DNA from: a virus
Taxonomy: Duplodnaviria > Caudoviricetes
Direction: 5' to 3' (one strand)
IMG/VR virus record: IMGVR_UViG_2588253903_000005
Coordinates: 11,653 to 75,652 of that record
DNA: 64,000 bases
The notes under the pieces were generated by a model. That model was not told the origin of the DNA and searched no databases. It saw only the letters and a program-made list of their open reading frames with translations. This document shows positions 16,635-27,209 of the stretch, piece by piece (the first letter of the stretch is position 1; each line of letters starts with the position of its first letter). The translations under genes and the position numbers were made by a program.

Positions 16635-17193
16635 TATTTTCAAACATAATGACAACTGGCAGGATGTGAAAGATTCTGCAATGAATACAATAAACAAAAA
16701 CACAGGGAAATATCCTGATTCAGAGTGGAAAAGAAAATTGCTTATGTCGGAACATTCGCCGATCAGAAGGATAAAATTCTACTGGAGATGGAGCGGAATT
16801 AAATCGTGGGTCAGCGTACATATGGTAAGGCACAAAATTGGCATTGAGCATTGGGTCTCAACGCAAAGACCAGACAGGACGGATAATCAGGATAAAGACA
16901 GGGATAAGTTGCCGCAAGGCGCTCCGGTAAATCATGCATGTGAAGCAAACGCACAGGCATTGATAAACATCAGCAGAAAAAGATTGTGCGGATGCGCTGC
17001 AACGCAAACAAGGCTGGCATGGAAAGCAGTAAAAGAAAAAGTAGCAGAGACAGAGCCGGAACTTGCCAGCTGCATGGTGAGAGAGTGCATTTACCGTGGA
17101 TTTTGCCCGGAAATGTTTTCGTGTGGATACTATAAAACTGATGAATACAGAAAAGAATTGGAGGAATACAGGCATGGAATCAACGGAAACTAA
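16624..17193 (+). CDS. thyX: ThyX/Thy1-like flavin-dependent thymidylate synthase family protein (short phage form)
   Basis: SEHSPI, SVHMVRH...STQRPDR, NAQALINISRKRLC, CIYRGFCPE motifs. Confidence 0.7.
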   Translation: MEIDIFKHNDNWQDVKDSAMNTINKNTGKYPDSEWKRKLLMSEHSPIRRIKFYWRWSGIKSWVSVHMVRHKIGIEHWVSTQRPDRTDNQDKDRDKLPQGAPVNHACEANAQALINISRKRLCGCAATQTRLAWKAVKEKVAETEPELASCMVRECIYRGFCPEMFSCGYYKTDEYRKELEEYRHGINGN

Positions 17194-17416
17194 AACAGAT
17201 GAGATATGCCACCCGCCGCATTACTGCTTCGGAAAAAATGAGCCTGTAAAAGTGATACAGGACTGGAAACTTTCGTTCTGCCTTGGAAACGTATTGAAAT
17301 ATATCGCAAGAGCAGGTAGAAAAGAAGGGAACAGCAAACTGCAAGACCTGTTAAAGGCAAAGCAATATATTGAGTTTGAGATTGAGGGATTGGAAAATGA
17401 AAATAATCACGCTTGA
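17174..17416 (+). CDS. DUF3310 family protein
   Basis: HPPHY...FCLGNVLKYIARAGRK...QDLLKAKQY. Confidence 0.85.
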   Translation: MESTETKTDEICHPPHYCFGKNEPVKVIQDWKLSFCLGNVLKYIARAGRKEGNSKLQDLLKAKQYIEFEIEGLENENNHA

Positions 17417-18656
17417 AACACTAAAGACCATGCCAAACGGAACGGCGTTCAGTATAATTAATGAATGGGGACTGAACGGCACAACTATTTTTATTTTGAC
17501 AGGGGATGTCAAGGAACATACGTGTTTTGTCAAAGGAATAGAATTTCACCTAAAGATAGCTGCAAACAATACGCAAGACATGTATGATATGATGGTTGAC
17601 GAAGACGAAAACCTGATAACAGGAAAGAACATTCCAACTAAATACGGGAAGAAAGATAGAATGATGAGTTTTAAAGAAGATCAGTTATTTGCAGTATTCT
17701 CAAAAGCAGAGGTCAGAAAGATGATAAAATTCCTTCAATGGGCGTTGTCTGGTTTGGAAGATGATTTTGACACGGATGAGGTTTTGGAATGATTTTCAGG
17801 AACAAGGATATTAAACCAGAAAAATCCGGCTATCTGATTTGTGATGACTTGCTTGACACGGGTTTAGAGCCAATACCAAAAGAACTTCTTGAAAATATGC
17901 CAGCTCCACAAAGAGGAAATGTAATCAGCGGAACATTTGGAATGTTCAGAGCAAGTGAATTTGAAAAGAATGTGGGAGGATTGAAAAATGTGTGACTTTT
18001 GCAAAGAAATCATAAAAGAAAATGATGACAGTAACAGAGAAGAACTCATAATACAGAGAGATAACGGAAGATTTGATTTGTGCTGTCATGCGGGCGGTGG
18101 CGATTGGGGAGCAGTTGAAGATGTAGAATTTTGCCCGAAATGCGGAAGAAATTTGACGGAGGTATCAGAATGAAACAATTCCTAAAATTCCTTACAAAGA
18201 TAAAATCGTTCTGGAAATTCTACCAGAATTACGGATATGACGGAGAAGATGTTGAATTTATCATAGACAACTATGAGAGGGTGCTTTGCAATCGAACAAA
18301 GACAATGAGCAAGCCAACGTATTACCTCGAAGATGTCTTGAGGGAACTTGACAACTGGTATGAGGACAGAATGGAGGAATAAGTTATGTGGCTATTAAAA
18401 TTACACTTTTCAATATCGGTATTATGTATGCTGACATTTATCGGGTTTAAGTCGCTTTATAAACAGCAGATGAAAGACAATGGATGGATTGACGACGAAA
18501 AGAAGAAAAAGAAAAGCATATTTGCGTATTTTATGTTTTTCGTGCCGATAATGAATATTTTGTTTGTCATCATAATGTTTTTGATGATTGGCATGAAGAA
18601 AAAGGATTTTGACAAGATGTGTGATGATGCAAAGAAAGATAGGGAGGTATCAACCC

Positions 18657-18955
18657 ATGAATAAAACCGAACTTATGGAAAACTACACAGAGGAACAGCT
18701 TGCAGAGATGGTTGTTAAAAAAGGCATTGCGCTAGAACGGCTTGCAGAAACACACGCAAAAGCAGTAGGGGACGCATACAGAAAAATCAAATTTTAGAGG
18801 AAAACAACAGAAGACTGCAATCTAAACTTGATACATACAACAACTATCTTCTTCCGAGATGCACCAAAGAAGCAAAAGAAATGATAGACCATAATCATTT
18901 TACAGGGGTTATAATTGTCACACAGGAACAGTGGAATAATCGGGGAGGGAAAACT
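18657..18955 (+). pseudogene. ORF apparently frameshifted at an A5 run
   Basis: MNKTEL...DAYRK stops at 18797; one extra A at 18782-18786 gives NQILEENNRRLQSKLDTYNNY..., a frame with no start of its own before 18881. Confidence 0.5.
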
Positions 18956-19832
18956 ATGAACATATCAGACATTCAGAAATGCCAAGAGGAATACGAAAAA
19001 CTTTTGAAAGAAAGTCCTCTACATGGAACAATAGATAAAATCTGCAAAGATATTCTCGAACAGAAAAATAACGCTATGGCAATGGAGTTTACAAGGATAA
19101 TCTGCGATTTGCTGAAAAGATATGGAGTGTATGTTCACTGCACGGAAACAAAATTCGGAGAAAGGATAACAACAAATTCCATTGAAGATCAATATGGAAT
19201 TGTATTTGACAGCATGGACTTTTCGCAACATGATAAGGAATTTATGGACAAGATTAAGGAGTTGGAAAAGCAACTTGACCGTAGCCAGACCACCATAAAC
19301 CAAATTGATGATATTCTGGAAAAGTTATTTGGCGTGCGGCATGATATGGTTGATAAGCCAGATGAATTTGAAAAGATTTTATCTGAAAGAGCAAAAGGGA
19401 ATGTAACCGATTTCCTCCCAACAGAACCTATCAAAGTAGATGATATGCTGATAAACGCAAGCAAAAAGCGGACAAACTGCATGACGGGAAAGGAATATGA
19501 TAAATACATATTTGGTAAATGGCAGTTAAGGCAGATAGCGGAACATTTATTGGTTTATTGTAATCATAATGGGGAGGTGGAGGAATGAGAAGAATAAAAG
19601 AGTTTATATCGTTTTGGCTATATTATCCAAAATTATTGAGTTACTTGAAAGAAAAAGACCGCCATTCATTTGAAATTTTTAAGAAGATTGGCAGATTTCC
19701 ATATGCAAAACAATACAGCAGAATAAAAATTGATTTCGAGAATTTTAACAAAAGTGAATTACCGTGGGAAAGCGAAGATTTTTGCGAATGGAAATCTATT
19801 TATGACAAAGAGCCGATTGAAAGGTGTACAAA

Positions 19833-20051
19833 ATGAAAGTATTAGTCAACAATTACCTATACGAAATGGGAAGAAAAGAATACAAGGGCGTTTTAAAAGT
19901 CGCAAGCAAACAAATCCAATGCGGAATATATGCGGTTGAAAAAGACGGATTCTGCGAACTGAGGAAAGACACCTTTGACAGCAAAGAGGAATTAAAGAAA
20001 GCCGTTGCGGAATATGCGTAGAAAGGATTTAAGGCACATTATAATTCATAA
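19833..20051 (+). pseudogene. Small phage gene with probable premature amber codon
   Basis: AEYA-TAG (20019-21)-KGFKAHYNS-TAA; the TAA lies just before the next RBS. Confidence 0.5.
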
Positions 20052-20391
20052 ATTGGAGGATTTGATATGACAACATTTAAAACAGGAGATATGGTAATAT
20101 GCAAAAAGCATAGCGTAGCGCAAAAACTTGTTTTCGATTCTAAGGGAATGAGGATTGAAAATTATATTGATGATTATTTCTTTAATCGTGAAGCCGTTAT
20201 CGAGTACACGCATAAAGAGCGCATGGACGAACGTTTTAAAAATGACTTACACGAGGAATTTAAAGACAAAGAAGAATACGGAATTAGATTTTTAGATAGC
20301 AACGAAACTCTTGCATGGCTTAAAGCAGAAGAACTTGTCTTGAAGGTTCCAAAAGAACAGTTTATGGGCTTGGCTTAGGGAGAAAAACGAA

Positions 20392-20516
20392 ATGGACAAT
20401 AACTGCAACCTAACCACCTGCCGCTACAACCAATCCAGCACTTGCACGAATGAGGAAAAAGAAAAGAGTGCGTGGAGGTCAGTAAGAGGGTGTTGTGTTT
20501 GGAGGATAGAGAATGA
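20392..20516 (+). pseudogene. Small Cys-rich ORF apparently frameshifted at an A5 run
   Basis: One extra A at 20456-20460 gives ...EEKRKECVEVSKRVLCLEDRE* ending in an ATGA overlap with the ATG at 20513. Confidence 0.5.
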
Positions 20517-21746
20517 GAGATAAATCCCTAGAATTTGTCAAGAAAAGAATTGAATCTGGTGTATGTAATGGCATGGAAAAAGATAAATATAATCATTTGT
20601 ACGAAGTTGATTTTTTAAAAATTTCAGAACAGATAAAATTTAGCAATACTGTTAAAGTTTCTGAAAATCTTTTGGAAGTTGAATTGCCATTTAAAGATAA
20701 CAAAGGCACAACAATTTCAGTAACACGCAATACGGAAGCTGAATTTGACTATATGACCGTTGAGAGATGCCGCTGTGATGGAACTTTTGTGTTTTTTATA
20801 GATTTATGCAAAAAAATACTTGAAAAGATATTAAAAGGAGAAACTTGTTACAGTCCAAAAATTCCAAAAGATGCAAAAGAAAAACTTTACAAATACAATA
20901 TTCGGTTTGAGGTTGGAAATTTTATTTTTGCAGAAGAATATGGGGAAGATTTTACAACAAAAGAAAAACCGTGGATGAAAAGCAGATTTACAGTTATGTT
21001 GCCAATAAAATGTGATTTTGCAGAAAAACAACTGGCGTAAAACGCAAAATTTACCGCCTATCAGAAAGAGGGGGATGAAACTTGCCGAATACATAGAAAG
21101 TATCTGTCAAGAGCATTTAAGTAAATATCAAAAAGCGTTCTTTGAAGATGTGGAGCAAAAGTTAAAGAATGGATATGAAATATCCATGCCGCCACGAATA
21201 GGAAGGACATTGAGCATTCAGACAATATGGGCGATAGAGCAATGGAAAATACTGGAGGTATTCAAGTGAGTTTATCAGAAGTAATTGAAGGCATAGAACG
21301 TGAAATGTTCGAGAGGGCGACAAAAGAGGAAAAACCAAAATACTGTGATGATTGCAAAGTATATGAAGAAAGTAAAGATTGCCACGCTTGTATAAAACAA
21401 GAATTTAATGACAGGAGGCGCAAAAGTGAGTAAAGATAAAACAGAACTGAAAAATTCTGTCATTCAAAAGGCAGAAGAAATCGCAGAAGTGCTTTCAAAG
21501 AACAGTGACTGCGAACTACGAACATCTCCTAACGGCGTGGCGGTTATTAAAGTGAAAAAGGAAGTGGTTTCTAAATGATTTATGTAAAATGTCCGAATTG
21601 CGGAAAAGAACACATTTTAGACCCAGGAAACATAGAGCAACTGCTCATTATGAAAATACTTAGATTTCGAAACTGCCATTGCGGGAAAAAGTTTTTTATA
21701 AAAGAGGAAGATGATTGCTATTTTGTGAAAATAGGAGAATGCGAAG

Positions 21747-22949
21747 ATGAGTGATTTAAAAATATTTACAGAAAACATAGAACCGCAGGCATTAAATCAG
21801 ATTTACACGCTGATTAAGCAACCGGCATTTGCGGATTGCAAAGTGCGTATCATGCCTGACGTACACGCCGGAGCTGGATGTGTTATCGGTTTTACTGCTG
21901 ATTTGGGAGATAAGGTAATTCCAAACATCGTCGGAGTGGATATTGGCTGCGGCATGGAAACTGTAGAACTTGGCAACACAGACATAGACCTTGCAAAACT
22001 CGACGAGGTAATCAGAAAATATGTTCCGAATGGCAGAAATGTGCATGAAACAGAAGATAACTTTTCGGAAATCATCATCAATCAGCTTTATTGCGAAGAC
22101 CGCCTAAAAAACGTGGATTGGTTGAAAAGAAGCTGCGGTACGCTTGGCGGAGGAAATCATTTTTGCGAAGTGGACATTGACGATGACGGAAATAAATACC
22201 TTGTCATTCATTCGGGAAGTCGGAACATTGGAAAGCAGGTTGCGGAAATTTATCAGCAGATGGCGATTGACGATTTAAGCGGAGCGAACAGCCTTGAAGA
22301 AGAAACAAAGAAACTGATTGAAGATTACAAACGGACAGGCAGACACAAGGATATTCAGAGAGGGATTGCGGAGTTAAAACGGAAATTTCAGCCGAAAATT
22401 AGTGTGCCAAAAGAATTATCCTATCTGACAGGCGAACACAGGGAAATGTATCTGCACGACATGAAGTTGTGTCAGAAATTCGCAAGTGAAAATAGATACA
22501 GGATTGCAAAAGAAATATCTTATGGCATGGGCTGGGATATAGATAGATTTTCAAATGGATTTGAAACAATCCACAACTACATTGAGCATGACACAAACAT
22601 CGTCCGCAAGGGCGCAATATCGGCGAAAGAGGGCGAAACAGTCCTAATTCCTATCAATATGCGTGACGGCTGTATTATCGGCAGGGGAAAAGGTAATGCA
22701 GACTGGAATTATTCAGCGCCGCATGGGGCAGGACGGATAATGAGCCGTAGCAAAGCAAAAGAAACGGTATCGCTGGAAGAATTTGAACAGTCCATGCAAG
22801 GAATTTATACAACATCTGTTAATCGGTCAACGATTGATGAAAGCCCTATGGCATACAAGCCGATTGAGGAAATTGTAGCGAATATACAAGATACGGTTGA
22901 AATCATGAAGATTATCAAGCCGATTTATAATTTTAAGGCGAGTGAGTGA
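21747..22949 (+). CDS. rtcB: RtcB RNA ligase
   Basis: IMPDVHAG, GVDIGCG, GTLGGGNHF, HSGSR, HNY, RKGA, SAPHGAGR, DESPMAYK. Confidence 0.95.
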   Translation: MSDLKIFTENIEPQALNQIYTLIKQPAFADCKVRIMPDVHAGAGCVIGFTADLGDKVIPNIVGVDIGCGMETVELGNTDIDLAKLDEVIRKYVPNGRNVHETEDNFSEIIINQLYCEDRLKNVDWLKRSCGTLGGGNHFCEVDIDDDGNKYLVIHSGSRNIGKQVAEIYQQMAIDDLSGANSLEEETKKLIEDYKRTGRHKDIQRGIAELKRKFQPKISVPKELSYLTGEHREMYLHDMKLCQKFASENRYRIAKEISYGMGWDIDRFSNGFETIHNYIEHDTNIVRKGAISAKEGETVLIPINMRDGCIIGRGKGNADWNYSAPHGAGRIMSRSKAKETVSLEEFEQSMQGIYTTSVNRSTIDESPMAYKPIEEIVANIQDTVEIMKIIKPIYNFKASE

Positions 22950-23212
22950 GGTATGATGAAATGAGCGTTAAGAAATTGTTTTGTGACTTTATATACAAAC
23001 ACACTTCTTTTCCAAATGGATGCAAGCATGGGAATGAATTAAATTGGATGCTTAAACATTGTTGCCCTGTTTGCATAAATGAACCTATTGAGAGTTTGAG
23101 CAACAAAGAATATCACGAAAAATATCCAGCACATAACAAGATTCGGCTTGGAGTGTTGACGTTTTATTTATGTGATTTGCATTTGGAAGAAATGAAGAAG
23201 GAATTAAAATAA
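22946..23212 (+). CDS. Hypothetical protein
   Basis: ORF overlapping the rtcB stop. Confidence 0.55.
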   Translation: MRYDEMSVKKLFCDFIYKHTSFPNGCKHGNELNWMLKHCCPVCINEPIESLSNKEYHEKYPAHNKIRLGVLTFYLCDLHLEEMKKELK

Positions 23213-23266
23213 CATATCTAACACCGCACATAAAGCGTTTGTGCGGAATGAAAGGGATTTTGGAGA

Positions 23267-23719
23267 ATGGAAGATAATATCAACTGGAAAAGTTACTATC
23301 AACAAGAACCGATAGAACCTGATATATATTTCAAATTTGTTTGTTTTTATCAAGCAATGACTGAATTATACGATAGGGAATTAACGGATGAAAGAAGTCC
23401 TTACGATAAAACAGAAGCATTTATTTCAGAAAATATAAGGGGAATCTGCGAAGCGTATTCGCAAAACTTATATGATTGCATTAGAGAATACATTTGGAGA
23501 AAAACAAAAGTTCCGTTTGATATTGAGCGGTGGAGAAAAGAAACTAGACAAAGATATTCAGCTCAAGGATGGATAGACTTGTTTGAACATTTCAGAAAAG
23601 AAAAAGATGAAATCATTTTAGATATGATTGAAAATATATGGGAATATGGAAGAATAAGAAAAGATGATGAACAAAGGAAATATATTATTATAAAAAATCC
23701 ATTTCTGGAAACAAAATAA
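23267..23719 (+). CDS. Hypothetical protein
   Basis: 150-aa ORF with RBS. Confidence 0.65.
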   Translation: MEDNINWKSYYQQEPIEPDIYFKFVCFYQAMTELYDRELTDERSPYDKTEAFISENIRGICEAYSQNLYDCIREYIWRKTKVPFDIERWRKETRQRYSAQGWIDLFEHFRKEKDEIILDMIENIWEYGRIRKDDEQRKYIIIKNPFLETK

Positions 23720-23804
23720 ATATCTAAGGCATGAGAGAAGGGTTCTCGTGTGTCAGCTAAAGCGTAGCTTACTTTTATTCGAAGGGAGGTTACGCTTTTC
23801 TTTT

Positions 23805-25529
23805 ATGGCAAGTCAAGAATTACTCAAAGAAATTTCCAATGCAGAAAAATACATAGAAAGGCATGGAGTAGATATTGACGCTGTTAATGCGTTCCATACG
23901 TATGTCTTCTGGGCAGATGAAGAAGATAAGGACATAGAAACCGCCCTAAAAATATCACCAAGGGCAAAAGAACTGATGAACCAGTATGTCATAAACGGTG
24001 CTGGCGGCGACATATGGGAACTTGAAAAATTCTGCTTTGCCAACAAGACAGGGCATGAAATGGTGGACAAGTGGTATGAGATATTGAAGTTGGAGGCTCC
24101 ATATAAGTTTGAGAGTTATCTTTTGTATCTTGAAAAGAAAAGAGAGATAAGCGAGCGGTTCTATTCACCGAAAAGAAAACAGTTAAATAAGCATGGGCTT
24201 ATACAAGCAATGCAAGATTTGGAAGATGATAAGTACGATAGAATTTGCATATCCATGCCGCCTGGTACGCAAAAAACTACTCTCGAAAAATTTTTCTGTT
24301 CATGGATAATTGGAAAATACCCAAAGGACTACAGCCTTTTCTTTTCTCATAACAGCGACATAACAGAGAAATATTATAAGGGCGTACTTGACATTACAAC
24401 AGACAACCTTGAATATACATGGTCTGAAATTTTTCCAGACGTGAAATTACAAAGCACAAATGCAAAGTTGCAGGAGATAAATTTTGGAAAGTACAAGCCG
24501 TATTCAAGTATTCAGTGTTCTTCTATCGGTTCTAAAAATGCCGGAAAAGTAAGGACAAACCGTTATCTATATTGTGATGACCTAATAGGAACCATTGAGG
24601 AAGCTCTAAACCCGACTATCCTTGATAAAATTTGGAGGATATATGGCGTTGACCTAAAACAAAGAAAACTTAATCAACAAGTAAAAGAAGTAATCATTAT
24701 GACACGCTGGTCTACAAAAGATGTTGTCGGACGAATTATCGAACTGTATGGAAGTAGCGATAGAACAAAGATAATTTCCGTAGAAGACATAGATCCGATT
24801 ACGGGCAAAAGCAACTTTGATTATGAGTACAACGGAATGACGGTTGAGTTTTTTAACGACCAAGCCCTTACAATGGATGATATTTCTTATAGGTGTCTGT
24901 ATAAGCAACAGCCTATTGAGCGTGAAGGTTTGCTGTTTCCAGAAGGAAAGGTTATGCGATATGACGATGAAGAAATTAAAAAACTTAGAGAGAAACCGCC
25001 AGAACTTATTACAGGACAGTGCGATACCAAAGGAAAAGGAACAGATTTTTTTGTTTTACCATGCTTTGAAAAGTATGGAGATTACTATTACTGTACCGAT
25101 TGCGTGTGTGATAATTCCCCAGATTATGAATTGCAGTATGAAAATTCTGCAAATCTGATTGTTGACAACGAAATGCAGGATTGTGTGTTTGAGAGCAACA
25201 ATGGAGGCGACAGGGTAGCAGAAGAAGTGCAAAAACGAGTGGAAGAAAAGGGATGGATATGCAATATAACATCAGTGCCAACGGAATCAAACAAAGAGGC
25301 CAGGATTTATCAGTGCTCAAATTGGATATTGCAACACGTCAAATTTAAGGACAAGTCAATGTATGCGCCAAAAAGCCAATACGGAGTGATGATGGCGCAG
25401 TTGCTTAGTTATTCTGTATCTGGGAAAAACATAAATGATGACGTTGCCGATGTATTTGCTACATTTGCATTGAGAATAAAAAAAGGAAATGGAAGAAGGA
25501 AAACAATCATAATGCCAAGCCCAATCTAA
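23805..25529 (+). CDS. terL: Terminase large subunit
   Basis: Walker A-like SMPPGTQKT, Walker B-like LYCDDL, IMTRW, nuclease domain QCDTKGKGTDF, FESNNGG, DDVAD. Confidence 0.9.
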   Translation: MASQELLKEISNAEKYIERHGVDIDAVNAFHTYVFWADEEDKDIETALKISPRAKELMNQYVINGAGGDIWELEKFCFANKTGHEMVDKWYEILKLEAPYKFESYLLYLEKKREISERFYSPKRKQLNKHGLIQAMQDLEDDKYDRICISMPPGTQKTTLEKFFCSWIIGKYPKDYSLFFSHNSDITEKYYKGVLDITTDNLEYTWSEIFPDVKLQSTNAKLQEINFGKYKPYSSIQCSSIGSKNAGKVRTNRYLYCDDLIGTIEEALNPTILDKIWRIYGVDLKQRKLNQQVKEVIIMTRWSTKDVVGRIIELYGSSDRTKIISVEDIDPITGKSNFDYEYNGMTVEFFNDQALTMDDISYRCLYKQQPIEREGLLFPEGKVMRYDDEEIKKLREKPPELITGQCDTKGKGTDFFVLPCFEKYGDYYYCTDCVCDNSPDYELQYENSANLIVDNEMQDCVFESNNGGDRVAEEVQKRVEEKGWICNITSVPTESNKEARIYQCSNWILQHVKFKDKSMYAPKSQYGVMMAQLLSYSVSGKNINDDVADVFATFALRIKKGNGRRKTIIMPSPI

Positions 25530-25543
25530 AGGAGGTTACATAC

Positions 25544-25978
25544 ATGGTAAGCAAGGAAATTTTGATACAGTATTCAGATTTGCAGGAAGAAATAAAGGAA
25601 GTCCGACAAAGAATAGAGCAGACGGAACGACAGATTGAACGAATTGAAAGCGAAAAGACCGTATGTGACAAGGTTAGGGGAGGAGAGGGTGGCTTGCAAT
25701 CATTTAAAATTGAAGGTTTCCCATATCCAGAATACAGCCGAAAAAAAACATTGCTATATTCAAGAAAGGCAACGTTGACAAGCCTTGAAATGGAGCTTCT
25801 TGAAACACTGAACAAAGTAGAGGAATTTATTGCAAGCATTTCTGACAGCCGTATGAGAAGGATTATCAATCTGCGGTTCATTGAAAATCTTTCATGGAAT
25901 AAAGTAGCTGACCGAATTGGCGGAGGGAATACCGAGGATAGTATCAGAATGGCTTTTAACAGATTTATGGAAAAATAA
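25544..25978 (+). CDS. ArpU/RinA-like late transcriptional activator (sigma-70 region 4-like C-terminus)
   Basis: RRIINLRFIENLSWNKVADRIGGGNTEDSIRMAFNRF. Confidence 0.7.
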   Translation: MVSKEILIQYSDLQEEIKEVRQRIEQTERQIERIESEKTVCDKVRGGEGGLQSFKIEGFPYPEYSRKKTLLYSRKATLTSLEMELLETLNKVEEFIASISDSRMRRIINLRFIENLSWNKVADRIGGGNTEDSIRMAFNRFMEK

Positions 25979-26135
25979 AACTTGTTCGATATGTTCGGGA
26001 AAAATTTTTTATAATTATAATTGAGATGAAATCTCGACAGAGTTTTTCGTTGACAAAATCCCCCGAATGAAAAGGCGTTGCCGCAACGGTAGCGTCTTTT
26101 TGCATGGGAAAAATCAGATTTAAGGAGGGGATTTC

Positions 26136-26366
26136 ATGAGCCGAACCAAAAACATAATCCCCGAATTTACAAAGGACGAGCAAGACTACATAAAGGAACA
26201 CGCAAACTTTATGGAAGAAGAATTGCTTTTCTTTGAATTGCGAAATAAACAGTATACTTATGAATACTGTGCAATGGAAATGGGCATGTGCGTGTCGGCA
26301 GTTAAGAAAGTATCAAAGAAAACTATCTCTAAGATTATGAGAGTGATACGACATATGGATATTTGA
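26136..26366 (+). CDS. Small HTH (LuxR/sigma region 4-like) protein
   Basis: FELRNKQYTYEYCAMEMGMCVSAVKKVSKK. Confidence 0.55.
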   Translation: MSRTKNIIPEFTKDEQDYIKEHANFMEEELLFFELRNKQYTYEYCAMEMGMCVSAVKKVSKKTISKIMRVIRHMDI

Positions 26367-26390
26367 TTTGCGGAGAAAGAGAGGGTAATT

Positions 26391-27196
26391 ATGGATTTTG
26401 TAGAAGATGTAGAAAAATCTAAGAAATTAAAAGAAATATTATTTGGAAAACCAAGTGATTGCAAACATTGTTGCGGTGTAAGTGCGGGAGCTTTCGGAGT
26501 ACATTATGCTTGCATGAATGAAAATCATAAAAGATATGGAATGAATCCGCCACTATGTTTAAATTGCGATGGATATGAAAAAGAAGAACGGGAGATTACC
26601 GAGCAATAATCGGATGTTTCTTTTATTTTGGAGGGAATTATGAAATTTTGCGTACATGATTGGAAACGGATAGAAGAACCAAAACATTCTCATTTTAGTT
26701 ATGACGGATTGGAAGTATTGACGGCTATGTGCGTGTGTAAGAAATGTGGGAAGAAAAAAGTCCGAAAATTTGCCGGAAAATATGTAGGACAGTTATTCGG
26801 TTAGGTGGTGAGACATGGCAATAAAAGTGATTGAGTACGGAAAGCGTAATGTAAAGTGCAGTTATTGTGAAAGCAAGCTGCAATATGAAAAAGAAGATGT
26901 CAAAACCATGCAGACAGGCATGAACGAATGGCAGAGTTATATTGTATGCCCTGTTTGCGAAGAAAAGATATATGTAAATAATTAGGCGGTGTGGCATGAA
27001 GAAATATAAACCAGTAAAAATATTCTGCCCACAATGCAATTCTCATGTAGGAACACATGATGGGCGGTCAACTATAGACAAAATAGTAAAATGTAAAAAT
27101 TGCAATAAACTTGTAATTTACAGAACGCAAACCGGAAAAGCAGAGAATAAGCCGGTTCCAAAAAGAAGCTGTAGTTCTGGCGTGACATTCATTTAA
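26391..27196 (+). other. Four tiny Cys/Zn-ribbon ORFs
   Basis: 26391-26609, 26640-26804, about 26815-26985 and 26996-27196, each with CxxC pairs. Confidence 0.6.
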
Positions 27197-27209
27197 AGGC
27201 GGTGACTAA

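Larger units (their letters stand above)
17397..21754 (+). other. Run of ~15 small, tightly coupled hypothetical ORFs (some Zn-ribbon, one membrane-type)
   Basis: ORFs with GGAGG RBSs and ATGA overlaps, e.g. 17397-17792, 17789-17995, 17988-18173, 18170-18382, 18386-18664, 18956-19588, 19585-19836, 20067-20378, 20513-21040. Confidence 0.65.

Noticed and set aside
20019-20021. Genome-wide amber recoding
   Set aside because: Many genes end plausibly at TAG (e.g. 31372, 48006, 55167) and no CTA-anticodon tRNA was found.
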